From: Candidatus Altimarinota bacterium
Lineage (GTDB): Bacteria; Patescibacteriota; Gracilibacteria; UBA1369
Reading direction: 5' to 3'
Assembly: GCA_041659405.1 (NCBI GenBank)
Contig: JBAZYK010000010.1
Location: forward strand, 41,508-73,507
DNA: 32,000 nt
Both the position numbers and the translations under genes were made by a program. Under the pieces are notes generated by a model. The model was given only the letters and a program-made list of their open reading frames with translations, did not search any database and was not told the DNA's origin. How positions within the stretch are numbered: position 1 is the stretch's first letter; each line of letters starts with the position of its first letter. Below, piece by piece: positions 17,463-25,370 of the stretch.

Positions 17463-18214
17463 ATTTTGCCTTTAAGATAAGCCTGGCGAAGTTCTTCCGG
17501 AAAGCGTTCAATGGCATAGCGAAGCATGGTTCGCGGCATTTTTTTGTAATGCAGTTTCAAAAAATATTCTTCGGCTTCCTGTGATCTTTTGCCAATTTCC
17601 CGCAGCATCCAGCCAACAGCCTTATGAATTAAATCGTGCTTATCTTTTAAAAGCATGGTGGCAATTTGAAAAGCGTAAACAAATTGATTTTTTTTGATGA
17701 AATAAAAAGTTGCGAGCACGCTGATTCGGCGATGCCACATATTTTTAGAATCGGCCAGCTCTTCCAGGAGTTCCGTTGGTTTAAAGGAGCGGATGCCAAC
17801 TTGAAAAATAGGTGCATGTTCAAAAAGATATGCTCCGATAATTTTATCGGCGGAAAGATCAACCAAATCCCAATTATTGATGTAATCAAGATGCATCATG
17901 TAAAAATCAAAAACGGCTTTCTGTACACTTTCTTGGCCTTTTTCATATTTGGCAACAAGAATTAGCAGTGCGGCTAGCCGTTCTTCGTGAATTGTGCTTT
18001 TGATAATCACATCGATCTCATCAAAAGTAAGATCTTGATATTTTTGGGCGATTTGACGAATTATTGGCACGTTGATGCCTGCGAATTTATCACCTTCGCC
18101 ATATTGTCCCGGACCGGTTTTAAAGAACCGTTGCAATAATGTGGCTTTAACAGGATTGGCATGAAGCATGATTTCCTGTTTGAGTTCTTGAACTTTGGGG
18201 CTGTGTGTAGTCAT
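17459..18214 (-). CDS. DNA alkylation repair protein (AlkD/AlkC-like HEAT-repeat family)
   Basis: LQRFFKTGPGQYGEGDKFAGINVP, NNWDLVD and HDLIHKAVGWMLRE are typical of the DNA_alkylation family (recalled). The track start at 18259 is a TTG; I prefer the ATG at 18214. Confidence 0.7.
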   Translation of the reverse strand: MTTHSPKVQELKQEIMLHANPVKATLLQRFFKTGPGQYGEGDKFAGINVPIIRQIAQKYQDLTFDEIDVIIKSTIHEERLAALLILVAKYEKGQESVQKAVFDFYMMHLDYINNWDLVDLSADKIIGAYLFEHAPIFQVGIRSFKPTELLEELADSKNMWHRRISVLATFYFIKKNQFVYAFQIATMLLKDKHDLIHKAVGWMLREIGKRSQEAEEYFLKLHYKKMPRTMLRYAIERFPEELRQAYLKGKI

Positions 18215-18291
18215 GGTGGAGGTTTTTATTTTGGAGTCGAAAAAGGGGAGTGTCAGCAAATAGATGTTTGTTGATCAACTGAACTTGGTTT

Positions 18292-19044
18292 TTATAAATA
18301 ACTGATGGCTTTGATAACAAAGATGTGCCCTATGTATATGTAAAATGAGTTGCGGCCCAGAAAAGAGAGCATCTGGTTTTTAGGGAGGACTCTGGCGATT
18401 AAGAAGTATACTGCAAAAACTTGTGGAATAAAAATGAAATCATAAAAGTTTCCAAATGCCAAAATGATAAATGGGATAATGCAGGTTAATAAGGCAAAAA
18501 TTGATTGTCTGTTTTTTAGGTTTGTTGCCGTGGAGTGAAGATCCCAATTGAGTGATAAAAAATATCCGACAAGTCCGTAAAGAAGAAAGGCGAGGTTATA
18601 GCTGTAAAAACCGCTCAAGTTAAGGATAATAATTGCAATTAAGCTGATTAATCCGCTGTAGATGGAATTTTTAATCAGTTTATCCATGGGAATACTGATC
18701 AGGATAAGCAAAGACATTGGCAGCAGAATTTCAAAAGAGAAAATTACTTGATTGCCTTTGATCAGTTCAAAAAGATTGAAATCGCTTTTTAGATAGTTTG
18801 GAATGTTGAATATTAAAAAGCAGGCCAGAATTTTAAGCGCAAGAATGAGTTTTTTATGGGTTTTGTTCTGCAAAAATCTTGCCAAGATAACTCCCAGGAA
18901 AATAACAAAGCCCATTGGTATCCAATAAAAAAACCGTTGATCAAATTGCAGTGAAGTAAGGTTGGTGATGATATGAAAAATCACCATGCCTGTTAGCAGC
19001 AGTCCGCGGTAAATGTCATAAGATTGGATTCGTTGTTTTTGCAT
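18292..19044 (-). CDS. Polytopic membrane protein, possibly DUF1624/acyltransferase-like
   Basis: About 8 hydrophobic helices. N-terminal SYDIYRGLLLTGMVIFH resembles the D-x-x-RG...H start of DUF1624 / heparan N-acetyltransferase-like proteins (weak). Its start overlaps the upstream stop as TAATG. Confidence 0.55.
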   Translation of the reverse strand: MQKQRIQSYDIYRGLLLTGMVIFHIITNLTSLQFDQRFFYWIPMGFVIFLGVILARFLQNKTHKKLILALKILACFLIFNIPNYLKSDFNLFELIKGNQVIFSFEILLPMSLLILISIPMDKLIKNSIYSGLISLIAIIILNLSGFYSYNLAFLLYGLVGYFLSLNWDLHSTATNLKNRQSIFALLTCIIPFIILAFGNFYDFIFIPQVFAVYFLIARVLPKNQMLSFLGRNSFYIYIGHIFVIKAISYL

Positions 19045-20951
19045 TAAGGTGTGCCCGGCACGCTGAGAGTAATAGATTTTATGCCGCCTGCATATCCCAC
19101 AGTTATGATAGTGTCGGTGGCGTTTGAAGTTGATTGAGATTGCACGCTCTGGCCATTAACGGAAGATGTGAAGTTCCCGCTGATGAGCGTTTTTGGTATG
19201 GTTATCACGGCATTGCCTGTTGTTACATTGGAGTCAGCAACCGTGAAGGTGATTGCGTGTGTAGTTGGGTTGAATGTCAGGGCCGAAACAGAAGACTCCG
19301 AACTTACGGAAATAGAATAACACTGGCCATTGGCCGGAACTGAATAATTGTAGAGAGGTTTTTGTTGTTTCAAAAAGAGTTTTTTGGAATTTGCGCTTAA
19401 GATGTTGCGGGCGGCGTTTGGGTCCAGATAAGCCAGGAGAGATTTCCAGTGTCCAACGGCATCAGCCGGGGCCCCATTAGAGATGTTGCCCGTATAGTTG
19501 AGCCATCTTTCCAGACCATTTGAGCCACCTCCGGCATCTGAACCGAATAAAATGCGGGAGTTCCAGGTTTCAAAGAATCGCTTCCACTCTTCTTTTATTT
19601 GGCCATTATTAGATTGATCTGCGAGCAACGCCCAATTAGAGTTGGGTTGAGGCAGAGGGTTTTGCATGTTCTGAATCCCGGCCGTGTCTAAGTACAGATT
19701 AGGATGTCGTAAGAGGAAGTCGTTGAGCGTTGCGCTGTTGAGCGGCATATTGTTGAATCCGAGATGGGCCCAGATTAAAATAGCGTCTTTGTTGTAACTC
19801 AACATTTTTTCGAAGGCGGTGTTCGCAACAGTGTCGTCAGGTACGAAGTGAAATGAGATTGGGCCGTGATATTTAGCGGACAGATTTACCAACTGAAGCC
19901 AGAGTGGAGAATCTGCCGGAACATAGATGTTCGGCGTACCAGGGGGATAGTTATTGCCACCATAGTACCTTAGATTAGTTTCGCCTATGCCGGAAAATTT
20001 TCCTGTTTTCAATTGTGCTTCGGCAGAGGTGACGAATGTTTGACCTTGTGTGAGCCAGGTAGAGGCTTGTGGTTGGTCGGGAGTATCTGCGAATGTTATA
20101 AATCTACCGGGGTATTTTGATATGGCGTCGAGCGATGTGAGCGAATCCGTATACAGGTTTGTCATGCTCACACCGGCCTTATTCATCTCTGAAATTATCT
20201 GAGATGCGGTAATTGTGGATGGTACGTGGGCATGAGAATCGAAAATATCCATATGCGATGTGTCGGTAGGGCCGGTGCATGAAGTGTTTGGGGTGGATGG
20301 GGAGGTTGGGTTGGTTGGGCTGGTTGGGCTGACAATTGTGCGATAAATGATTCCGCTGATACTGCCGCGCGTCATTAAATCTGTCGGCGAGAAGATTGGC
20401 CATTTTTCTTCGAGATAGTTATTTGACTGCGCATATTTGACGTATGGTTCATACCAGCTGCCCTTTTCGACATCTTGAAAAACCGCCTGAACATCGAAAG
20501 ATTCCGTACTTTGCAGCTGCCAATTTTGGGCTTTGCCAATCATTTTTAAAGCTTCTACCTTGTTAACTGTTTGGCCAGGTTTAAAAGTACCGTCGGCGTA
20601 ACCGCTAATCCAGCCTGAGGCATAAGCTTTTTTGACGTATGGTGCGTACCATTGGGCGTAATCAATATCTTTGAAGGGAGTGACGGTCGAGACATCCAAA
20701 TTTATTTTTGATCCTTCAATAATTATTTTTAATAATTCGGCACGATTTACGGCTTTTTCCGGTTTGAATGTTCCGTCATCATAGCCTTTTATAATACCGT
20801 GATCCTGTAAGTAGAGAATCGCTTCACTGTTTGGGGTGGTTGCTGATACATCTAAAAAACCGCTGGCGTAAGCCGTAGATCCAGCCAGGTTTAAGATGAT
20901 TGCTACCAGTAAAATTCTTGCGAACGATTTTTTGGAAGGTTTATTTTTCAT
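19044..20951 (-). CDS. Secreted SLH-domain protein fused to an amidohydrolase-like TIM-barrel domain and a C-terminal beta-rich domain
   Basis: Signal peptide MKNKPSKKSFARILLVAIILNLAGSTAYA. Three SLH-like repeats (for example GIIKGYDDGTFKPEKAVNRAELLKII and GWISGYADGTFKPGQTVNKVEALKMI). PTSPTNPTSPSTPN linker. DSHAH...AHLG...FGSD metal-hydrolase-like motifs. Confidence 0.75.
   Translation of the reverse strand: MKNKPSKKSFARILLVAIILNLAGSTAYASGFLDVSATTPNSEAILYLQDHGIIKGYDDGTFKPEKAVNRAELLKIIIEGSKINLDVSTVTPFKDIDYAQWYAPYVKKAYASGWISGYADGTFKPGQTVNKVEALKMIGKAQNWQLQSTESFDVQAVFQDVEKGSWYEPYVKYAQSNNYLEEKWPIFSPTDLMTRGSISGIIYRTIVSPTSPTNPTSPSTPNTSCTGPTDTSHMDIFDSHAHVPSTITASQIISEMNKAGVSMTNLYTDSLTSLDAISKYPGRFITFADTPDQPQASTWLTQGQTFVTSAEAQLKTGKFSGIGETNLRYYGGNNYPPGTPNIYVPADSPLWLQLVNLSAKYHGPISFHFVPDDTVANTAFEKMLSYNKDAILIWAHLGFNNMPLNSATLNDFLLRHPNLYLDTAGIQNMQNPLPQPNSNWALLADQSNNGQIKEEWKRFFETWNSRILFGSDAGGGSNGLERWLNYTGNISNGAPADAVGHWKSLLAYLDPNAARNILSANSKKLFLKQQKPLYNYSVPANGQCYSISVSSESSVSALTFNPTTHAITFTVADSNVTTGNAVITIPKTLISGNFTSSVNGQSVQSQSTSNATDTIITVGYAGGIKSITLSVPGTP
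20304..20330. repeat. Tandem 9-mer GGTTGGGYT x3, encoding the PT(S/N)P linker
   Basis: ggttgggtt, ggttgggct and ggttgggct, read directly from the sequence. Confidence 0.7.
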
Positions 20952-21166
20952 ATTTTTTTAGGGTAAAGTTGTTAAACTTTTTGATGTAAATATTGGCGAA
21001 GCGTACCACTTCTGGACTCTGTGAGCCTATTGTAGCAGAGTTAAAAAATGAGACAAATGAGACAGTGGCGCGACTATCATAGAACATCCCATGGAAATGT
21101 AATTATCGAAAATCCACGTTAGAAACTAATTTTAATGCAGTATCCTCTTGGTGTGTATAAAAAACA

Positions 21167-21195
21167 TTGACATTGATTTTATCATGCAGTATAAG
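21167..21195 (+). promoter_or_regulatory. Putative sigma70-type promoter at the head of the R-M island
   Basis: TTGACA (21167-21172), 17-nt spacer, TATAAG (21190-21195). The ATG at 21202 lies 7 nt after the -10 box. Confidence 0.4.
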
Positions 21196-21201
21196 GGAAG
21201 C

Positions 21202-21774
21202 ATGCACAACAAATCCTTAAAAGAAATTTCGGAAATTATAGCCGGTTTTACCTTTCGTGAAGCGTTAAAAAACGATTCCAATGGTGAAACTCAGGTTTTG
21301 TTGGCAAAAAATATAAATGTCGATGGAACCATAAATTATCCTGAATTAACACGGATCAATCTTGTTGCGCCCCGCACGAATGCATTTGTCGCAAAAAATG
21401 ATGTACTTCTCTCCTCTCGTGGAATTTTTAGAGCAGGAGTTTTTGATAAAGAGGCGAAAAATATTATAGCTGCGTCTTCTCTCTTTATCTTAAGAATCAA
21501 AGACAGTAATGTGATCCCCGAATATTTATCCATTTATTTAAATTCAGAAGCTGGTCAAAATAGTATTCAGAAAATTCTGACCGGCAGTACAATCAAAACC
21601 GTTTTACGGGGAGCTTTAGAGGATTTATCAATTCCGGTTCCGTCATTGGCCGTCCAAAAAACGATTATTGAAATCAGTGTTAATTGGCAAAAAAGACAAA
21701 CCCTTCTAAATCAAAAAATAAATCTCAGCAAGAATATTGCTGAAGGAGCAATAAAACAACTTTTAACAACATAA
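21202..21774 (+). CDS. hsdS: Type I R-M specificity subunit, half-size (single target-recognition domain plus one conserved helix)
   Basis: LKEISEIIAGFTF...SSLFILRIKD...LSIPVPSLAVQKTIIEI is typical TRD plus conserved-region architecture. The track start at 21148 is a TTG. ATGs occur at 21184 and 21202; I chose 21202 because 21184 falls inside the putative promoter spacer. Confidence 0.7.
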   Translation: MHNKSLKEISEIIAGFTFREALKNDSNGETQVLLAKNINVDGTINYPELTRINLVAPRTNAFVAKNDVLLSSRGIFRAGVFDKEAKNIIAASSLFILRIKDSNVIPEYLSIYLNSEAGQNSIQKILTGSTIKTVLRGALEDLSIPVPSLAVQKTIIEISVNWQKRQTLLNQKINLSKNIAEGAIKQLLTT

Positions 21775-21778
21775 AATT

Positions 21779-23287
21779 ATGAATGAAACAACTCAAGAAC
21801 ATTTGAATAAAGTCCTCTGGAATGCTGCGGATTCATCACGCACTTCCCTGGATGCCGCAGTGTACAAAGATTATGTTTTGGCGATGCTTTTCTTTAAGTA
21901 CCTGAGTGATCTTGCAAAAAAGGAGCATCAAAAACTTCAAGAACGGCTTGGTAATGACGAAGATCGCATCCAGGAAAAAATGAAATCCGGGCGTTTTTAT
22001 CTGCCTCCAAATTCTTCCTTTGATTATATTTATTCGATTCATGAAAAAGATAATATTGGGGAGGAAATGAACAAAGTGATGCACCAAATAGAAGAAAACA
22101 ATAAAGAAAAACTTGAAGGTATTTTTAGCGGGCTGGATTTTAATTCTGAATCAACTTTAGGAAGAGTTGAACAGCGTAATAAGATGATACGCCACCTTAT
22201 AAATGATTTTCGCAATATTGATTTAAGTAAAATGGATGACGATGTTATTGGAAACGCTTATATGTACATGATAATGCAATTTGGGTCGCAAGCGGGGAAA
22301 AAAGCGGGAGAATTTTTTACGGTACGTCATGTTGCAAGATTATTGGCAAAACTTGCACAACCAAAGGAAGGAGCTCGTATTTGTGATCCGGCTTGTGGAT
22401 CGGGAGGACTTCTATTATTAGCTGGGGAAGAAATTGAAAAACATGGTTCAAAGAATTACGCCTTATACGGGCAAGAAAGTACGGGTTCTACATATCAATT
22501 GGCGCGCATGAACATGTTTCTGCATGGCAAAGATGGGGCGCGACTTGAATGGGGAGACACTTTAAACAACCCCCTGCTTGTTGAAGATGATCGTCTAATG
22601 AAATTTGATCTGGTAATTGCAAATCCGCCATTCAGTTTAAAAAAATGGGGCGCCGAGAATGCAGAAAATGACAAATATAATCGTTTCTTCCGTGGCATTC
22701 CACCAAAAGATAAAGGCGATTTTGCTTTTATTTCACACATGGTGGAAACAGCCAAAACCAAAAGTGGCAGAGTTGCTGTAATAGTACCGCATGGAGTCTT
22801 GTTTAGGGGAGGAGCAGAAGGTAAAATCAGGCAAGCACTTTTAGAAGAAAACATTATTGATGCCGTAATCGGCCTTCCTGCCGGACTTTTCCAAACTACC
22901 GGCATTCCCGTGGCAATTTTAATTATCGATAGATCACGAGAAGAAGGAGGGGCAAGCGAAAGTAAAAAGGACATATTATTTATAGAAGCATCCAAAGAAT
23001 TCAAGCAGGGTAAAGCCCAAAACACATTAAGCGCAGAAAATATCGAAAAAATCTACAACACGTATGCAAACCGTGAAGAAATCGATAAATTTTCCCGCAA
23101 AGTGATGCCGGAAGAGATTAAAGAAAACGATTACAACCTCAACATTACAAGATATGTGGATACCTTCGTGGAAGAGGAAGAAATTGATATATCAGCAAAC
23201 CTGGCTGAGTTGAAAAAACTCGAACCGGAACTGGAGAGGCTGGAAAAAGAGATGGAGGGGCACTTGAAGACGTTGAATATTTCATAG
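21779..23287 (+). CDS. hsdM: Type I R-M N6-adenine DNA methyltransferase subunit
   Basis: HsdM_N-like LWNAADSSRTSLDAAVYKDYVLAMLFFKYLSD, motif I DPACGSGG and motif IV NPPFS. Confidence 0.9.
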   Translation: MNETTQEHLNKVLWNAADSSRTSLDAAVYKDYVLAMLFFKYLSDLAKKEHQKLQERLGNDEDRIQEKMKSGRFYLPPNSSFDYIYSIHEKDNIGEEMNKVMHQIEENNKEKLEGIFSGLDFNSESTLGRVEQRNKMIRHLINDFRNIDLSKMDDDVIGNAYMYMIMQFGSQAGKKAGEFFTVRHVARLLAKLAQPKEGARICDPACGSGGLLLLAGEEIEKHGSKNYALYGQESTGSTYQLARMNMFLHGKDGARLEWGDTLNNPLLVEDDRLMKFDLVIANPPFSLKKWGAENAENDKYNRFFRGIPPKDKGDFAFISHMVETAKTKSGRVAVIVPHGVLFRGGAEGKIRQALLEENIIDAVIGLPAGLFQTTGIPVAILIIDRSREEGGASESKKDILFIEASKEFKQGKAQNTLSAENIEKIYNTYANREEIDKFSRKVMPEEIKENDYNLNITRYVDTFVEEEEIDISANLAELKKLEPELERLEKEMEGHLKTLNIS

Positions 23288-23295
23288 AGTAAGAT

Positions 23296-23312
23296 GGTTA
23301 CAAAATGTAACC
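23296..23312. promoter_or_regulatory. Inverted repeat GGTTACA-aaa-TGTAACC just after the hsdM stop
   Basis: 7-bp arms with a 3-nt loop, read directly from the sequence. No U-tract follows. Confidence 0.4.
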
Positions 23313-23338
23313 GACTGAAATTATAACTAAACTTAATT

Positions 23339-24778
23339 ATGGATGAATTTATCAAAAAAATACTGGAAATCCCTGAAGAAACCCAGACCCTTGAGTTCAA
23401 AAGATTACAGGGGGATAAAGTCGTTTCTAAAACAGTGGAAACAATAGTATCGATGGCAAATACGGACGGAGGAACCATTATATTTGGCGTTGATGATCCT
23501 GAGAAAACAAAATTAAAAGGTTTAGCTAGGATTTTTGGGATAGAAGAAAATAAAGAACTTTTCGATGCAATAGGCAGAGAAGTTCAAAAGATAATTCCTC
23601 CCATAGGGAATATTTGGAATCCCGAAGTTTTTGAAATTAAAGAGATAGGAAAAAGCATAGCCCTACTAAGAATTAATAAAGGTGTACAGCAATTTCATGC
23701 TTTCAATAATCATGTCTATGTCCGCCAGTTAAAAAGCAATAAAAGACTTACCCCCCAGGAGGTAGTCAAATTTAGCTACGCCAAAGGTTTTGAAAAAGCG
23801 GATAAAGAGCTTGTAGATGTTGATTTCGACTTGCTAAAAACGGATAATTTTGAAAACTGGAGAAAGTCTAGAAATATCGCTCAGGACACACCACCGAAAA
23901 TTCTATTCAACGTTGGACTGGCAAGAAAAAATGAATCTGGACAACTTAAACCGACCCGTGCCGCAGTACTATTGTTTGCTCAATACCCAACCAATTTAAT
24001 GTCAACAAAGTGTGCAATAAGAGTTTTCCAATATTCAGGAACAATCGAAGCTTTCAAGGATGTCCCAAATTTGATTGGAGTTCCCAGAACTATTGATGGT
24101 CCAATCATAAAACAGATTAAAGACGCTCATGAATATGTTTTAACATTATTAAGATCCGGCATTGAAATACACTCGGGATTTGTAACTAAATATCAGATAC
24201 CGGAAAGAGCTATTAAAGAGGCCATTACCAACGCCGTTATTCACAGGGATTATCACATAAAGCGCGACATTGAAATCAGTATTTTTGAAGACCGGGTAGA
24301 AGTATTGAGTCCGGGACTATTTCCATACAATATAACCAAGTCGAATATTGGGTATGTAAGAGCTGATGGGTATAGAAATGATTTACTGGTTAAACATCTT
24401 AGAGAATTCCCAGAACAGCCAAATTTGGATAGAAATGAAGGCGTTCAGGCTATGAGGAATGAAATGAGAGCTCAAAATTTATATGATCCAATTTACTTTA
24501 CGTACCCTATATACGAAGATTCCGTTAAGGTTTTATTGTTAAATGAAAAAAGAGCGAGCGAATGGGAGAAAGTGAAGGATTATTTGATAAAACAAAGATA
24601 TATTACCAATTCGGAAGCTCGGGAAGTTACTGGCATAGTACAACTCTACAAAATGTCGCGTTTATTGAAAAAATGGGTAAATCAAGGGTTATTACTTAAG
24701 ATTTTACCTGAAAATGGTGCTCCTAAGTTTATAAAATATAAATTATCGAATACGGAGGATTTTAACCAAAAAGGTTAA
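23339..24778 (+). CDS. Schlafen/AlbA_2 domain plus HATPase_c_4 domain protein with C-terminal wHTH (COG2865-like)
   Basis: ETQTLEFKR...ANTDGGTIIFGVDD (AlbA_2), ITNAVIHRDY (HATPase_c_4) and a C-terminal ITNSEAREVTG...LLKKWVNQGLL HTH-like segment. Confidence 0.75.
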   Translation: MDEFIKKILEIPEETQTLEFKRLQGDKVVSKTVETIVSMANTDGGTIIFGVDDPEKTKLKGLARIFGIEENKELFDAIGREVQKIIPPIGNIWNPEVFEIKEIGKSIALLRINKGVQQFHAFNNHVYVRQLKSNKRLTPQEVVKFSYAKGFEKADKELVDVDFDLLKTDNFENWRKSRNIAQDTPPKILFNVGLARKNESGQLKPTRAAVLLFAQYPTNLMSTKCAIRVFQYSGTIEAFKDVPNLIGVPRTIDGPIIKQIKDAHEYVLTLLRSGIEIHSGFVTKYQIPERAIKEAITNAVIHRDYHIKRDIEISIFEDRVEVLSPGLFPYNITKSNIGYVRADGYRNDLLVKHLREFPEQPNLDRNEGVQAMRNEMRAQNLYDPIYFTYPIYEDSVKVLLLNEKRASEWEKVKDYLIKQRYITNSEAREVTGIVQLYKMSRLLKKWVNQGLLLKILPENGAPKFIKYKLSNTEDFNQKG

Positions 24779-24854
24779 TTTTACTTGCAATAATCAATGC
24801 AAGTAAAGGCTGACTCCGCATCAGATAAAGCTTTAAGAGGTGTTTTACTTGCAA
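24779..24854. promoter_or_regulatory. Three copies of a TTACTTGCA half-site: a 10-bp inverted repeat plus a 12-bp direct repeat
   Basis: TTTACTTGCA (24780-24789), N8, TGCAAGTAAA (24798-24807). TTTTACTTGCAA occurs at 24779-24790 and again at 24843-24854, 25 nt upstream of the ATG at 24879. Confidence 0.5.
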
Positions 24855-24878
24855 AGTTCATTAATAATTTAAACAACC

Positions 24879-25370
24879 ATGAAAATAAATCTAACCAAAG
24901 CACAGTACGAAAACCTGATTCTTATGAGCAGCTTGACCAGCAGTATTTTTGGAATCCTAAAAGATTCATTGGATGATGAGGAATATTCATCTCAATCAAA
25001 AAAAATGGATGACTTAGAAGAGTATCTACTACAATTCGCTCATGAATTTGACTGCGACGAATTTGTGGAGAAAGATGACGGGAAAAATGTTTTGAAAGAC
25101 GCTCAATATGAAAAAATGACAATGCCAATTCTGGAAGAGTACGGCGAGTGTGAAGCCTTTGATACCCTGGCCAACAAGCTGGCTTGGCGCGATTTTAAAC
25201 GAGATCATTCCCAAGAAGAAATAGAGAAAATGGCCAAAAAGAACGGTGGCTATTTCGGCGTAGCACTACACCCATACGAAAAAAAATATTGGGACGAGTT
25301 TGAGAAAAACGGGTATGAGAGGGTGGAGATTGTGGCTGGAGATGTAGTAAAAAAATTAAATCTTAATTAA
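24879..25370 (+). CDS. Hypothetical acidic protein (163 aa)
   Basis: ATG start. Hand count gives 36 Asp+Glu against 22 Lys+Arg. Its stop overlaps the next start as TAATG. No motif recognised. Confidence 0.6.
   Translation: MKINLTKAQYENLILMSSLTSSIFGILKDSLDDEEYSSQSKKMDDLEEYLLQFAHEFDCDEFVEKDDGKNVLKDAQYEKMTMPILEEYGECEAFDTLANKLAWRDFKRDHSQEEIEKMAKKNGGYFGVALHPYEKKYWDEFEKNGYERVEIVAGDVVKKLNLN

Noticed and set aside
18270-18279. 10-bp perfect palindrome GTTGATCAAC between the membrane-protein gene and the AlkD-like gene
   Set aside because: It is short, has no spacer and contains a common TGATCA core. It has no flanking U-tract or promoter elements, so it is not distinguishable from chance.
21047-21064. 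Tandem 9-mer AATGAGACA x2 in the gap left of the R-M island
   Set aside because: Only two copies in an AT-rich spacer. It could be a scar or a binding site, but there is nothing to support a function. I note it only as a possible island-boundary feature.
22495-23025. 176-aa minus-strand ORF inside hsdM
   Set aside because: It lies entirely within a gene that has unmistakable HsdM motifs on the plus strand, so it is an antisense artefact. The same applies to 7547-7876 and 8016-8312 inside nadE, 6968-7342 inside nadM, and 5330-6838 fragments inside the mutase gene.
24879-25370. Calling the acidic 163-aa protein an anti-restriction DNA mimic (Ocr/ArdA-like)
   Set aside because: Net negative charge is the only similarity. 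I see no recognisable ArdA or Ocr sequence features. An anti-restriction gene inside its own R-M operon is not expected, so it is kept as hypothetical.
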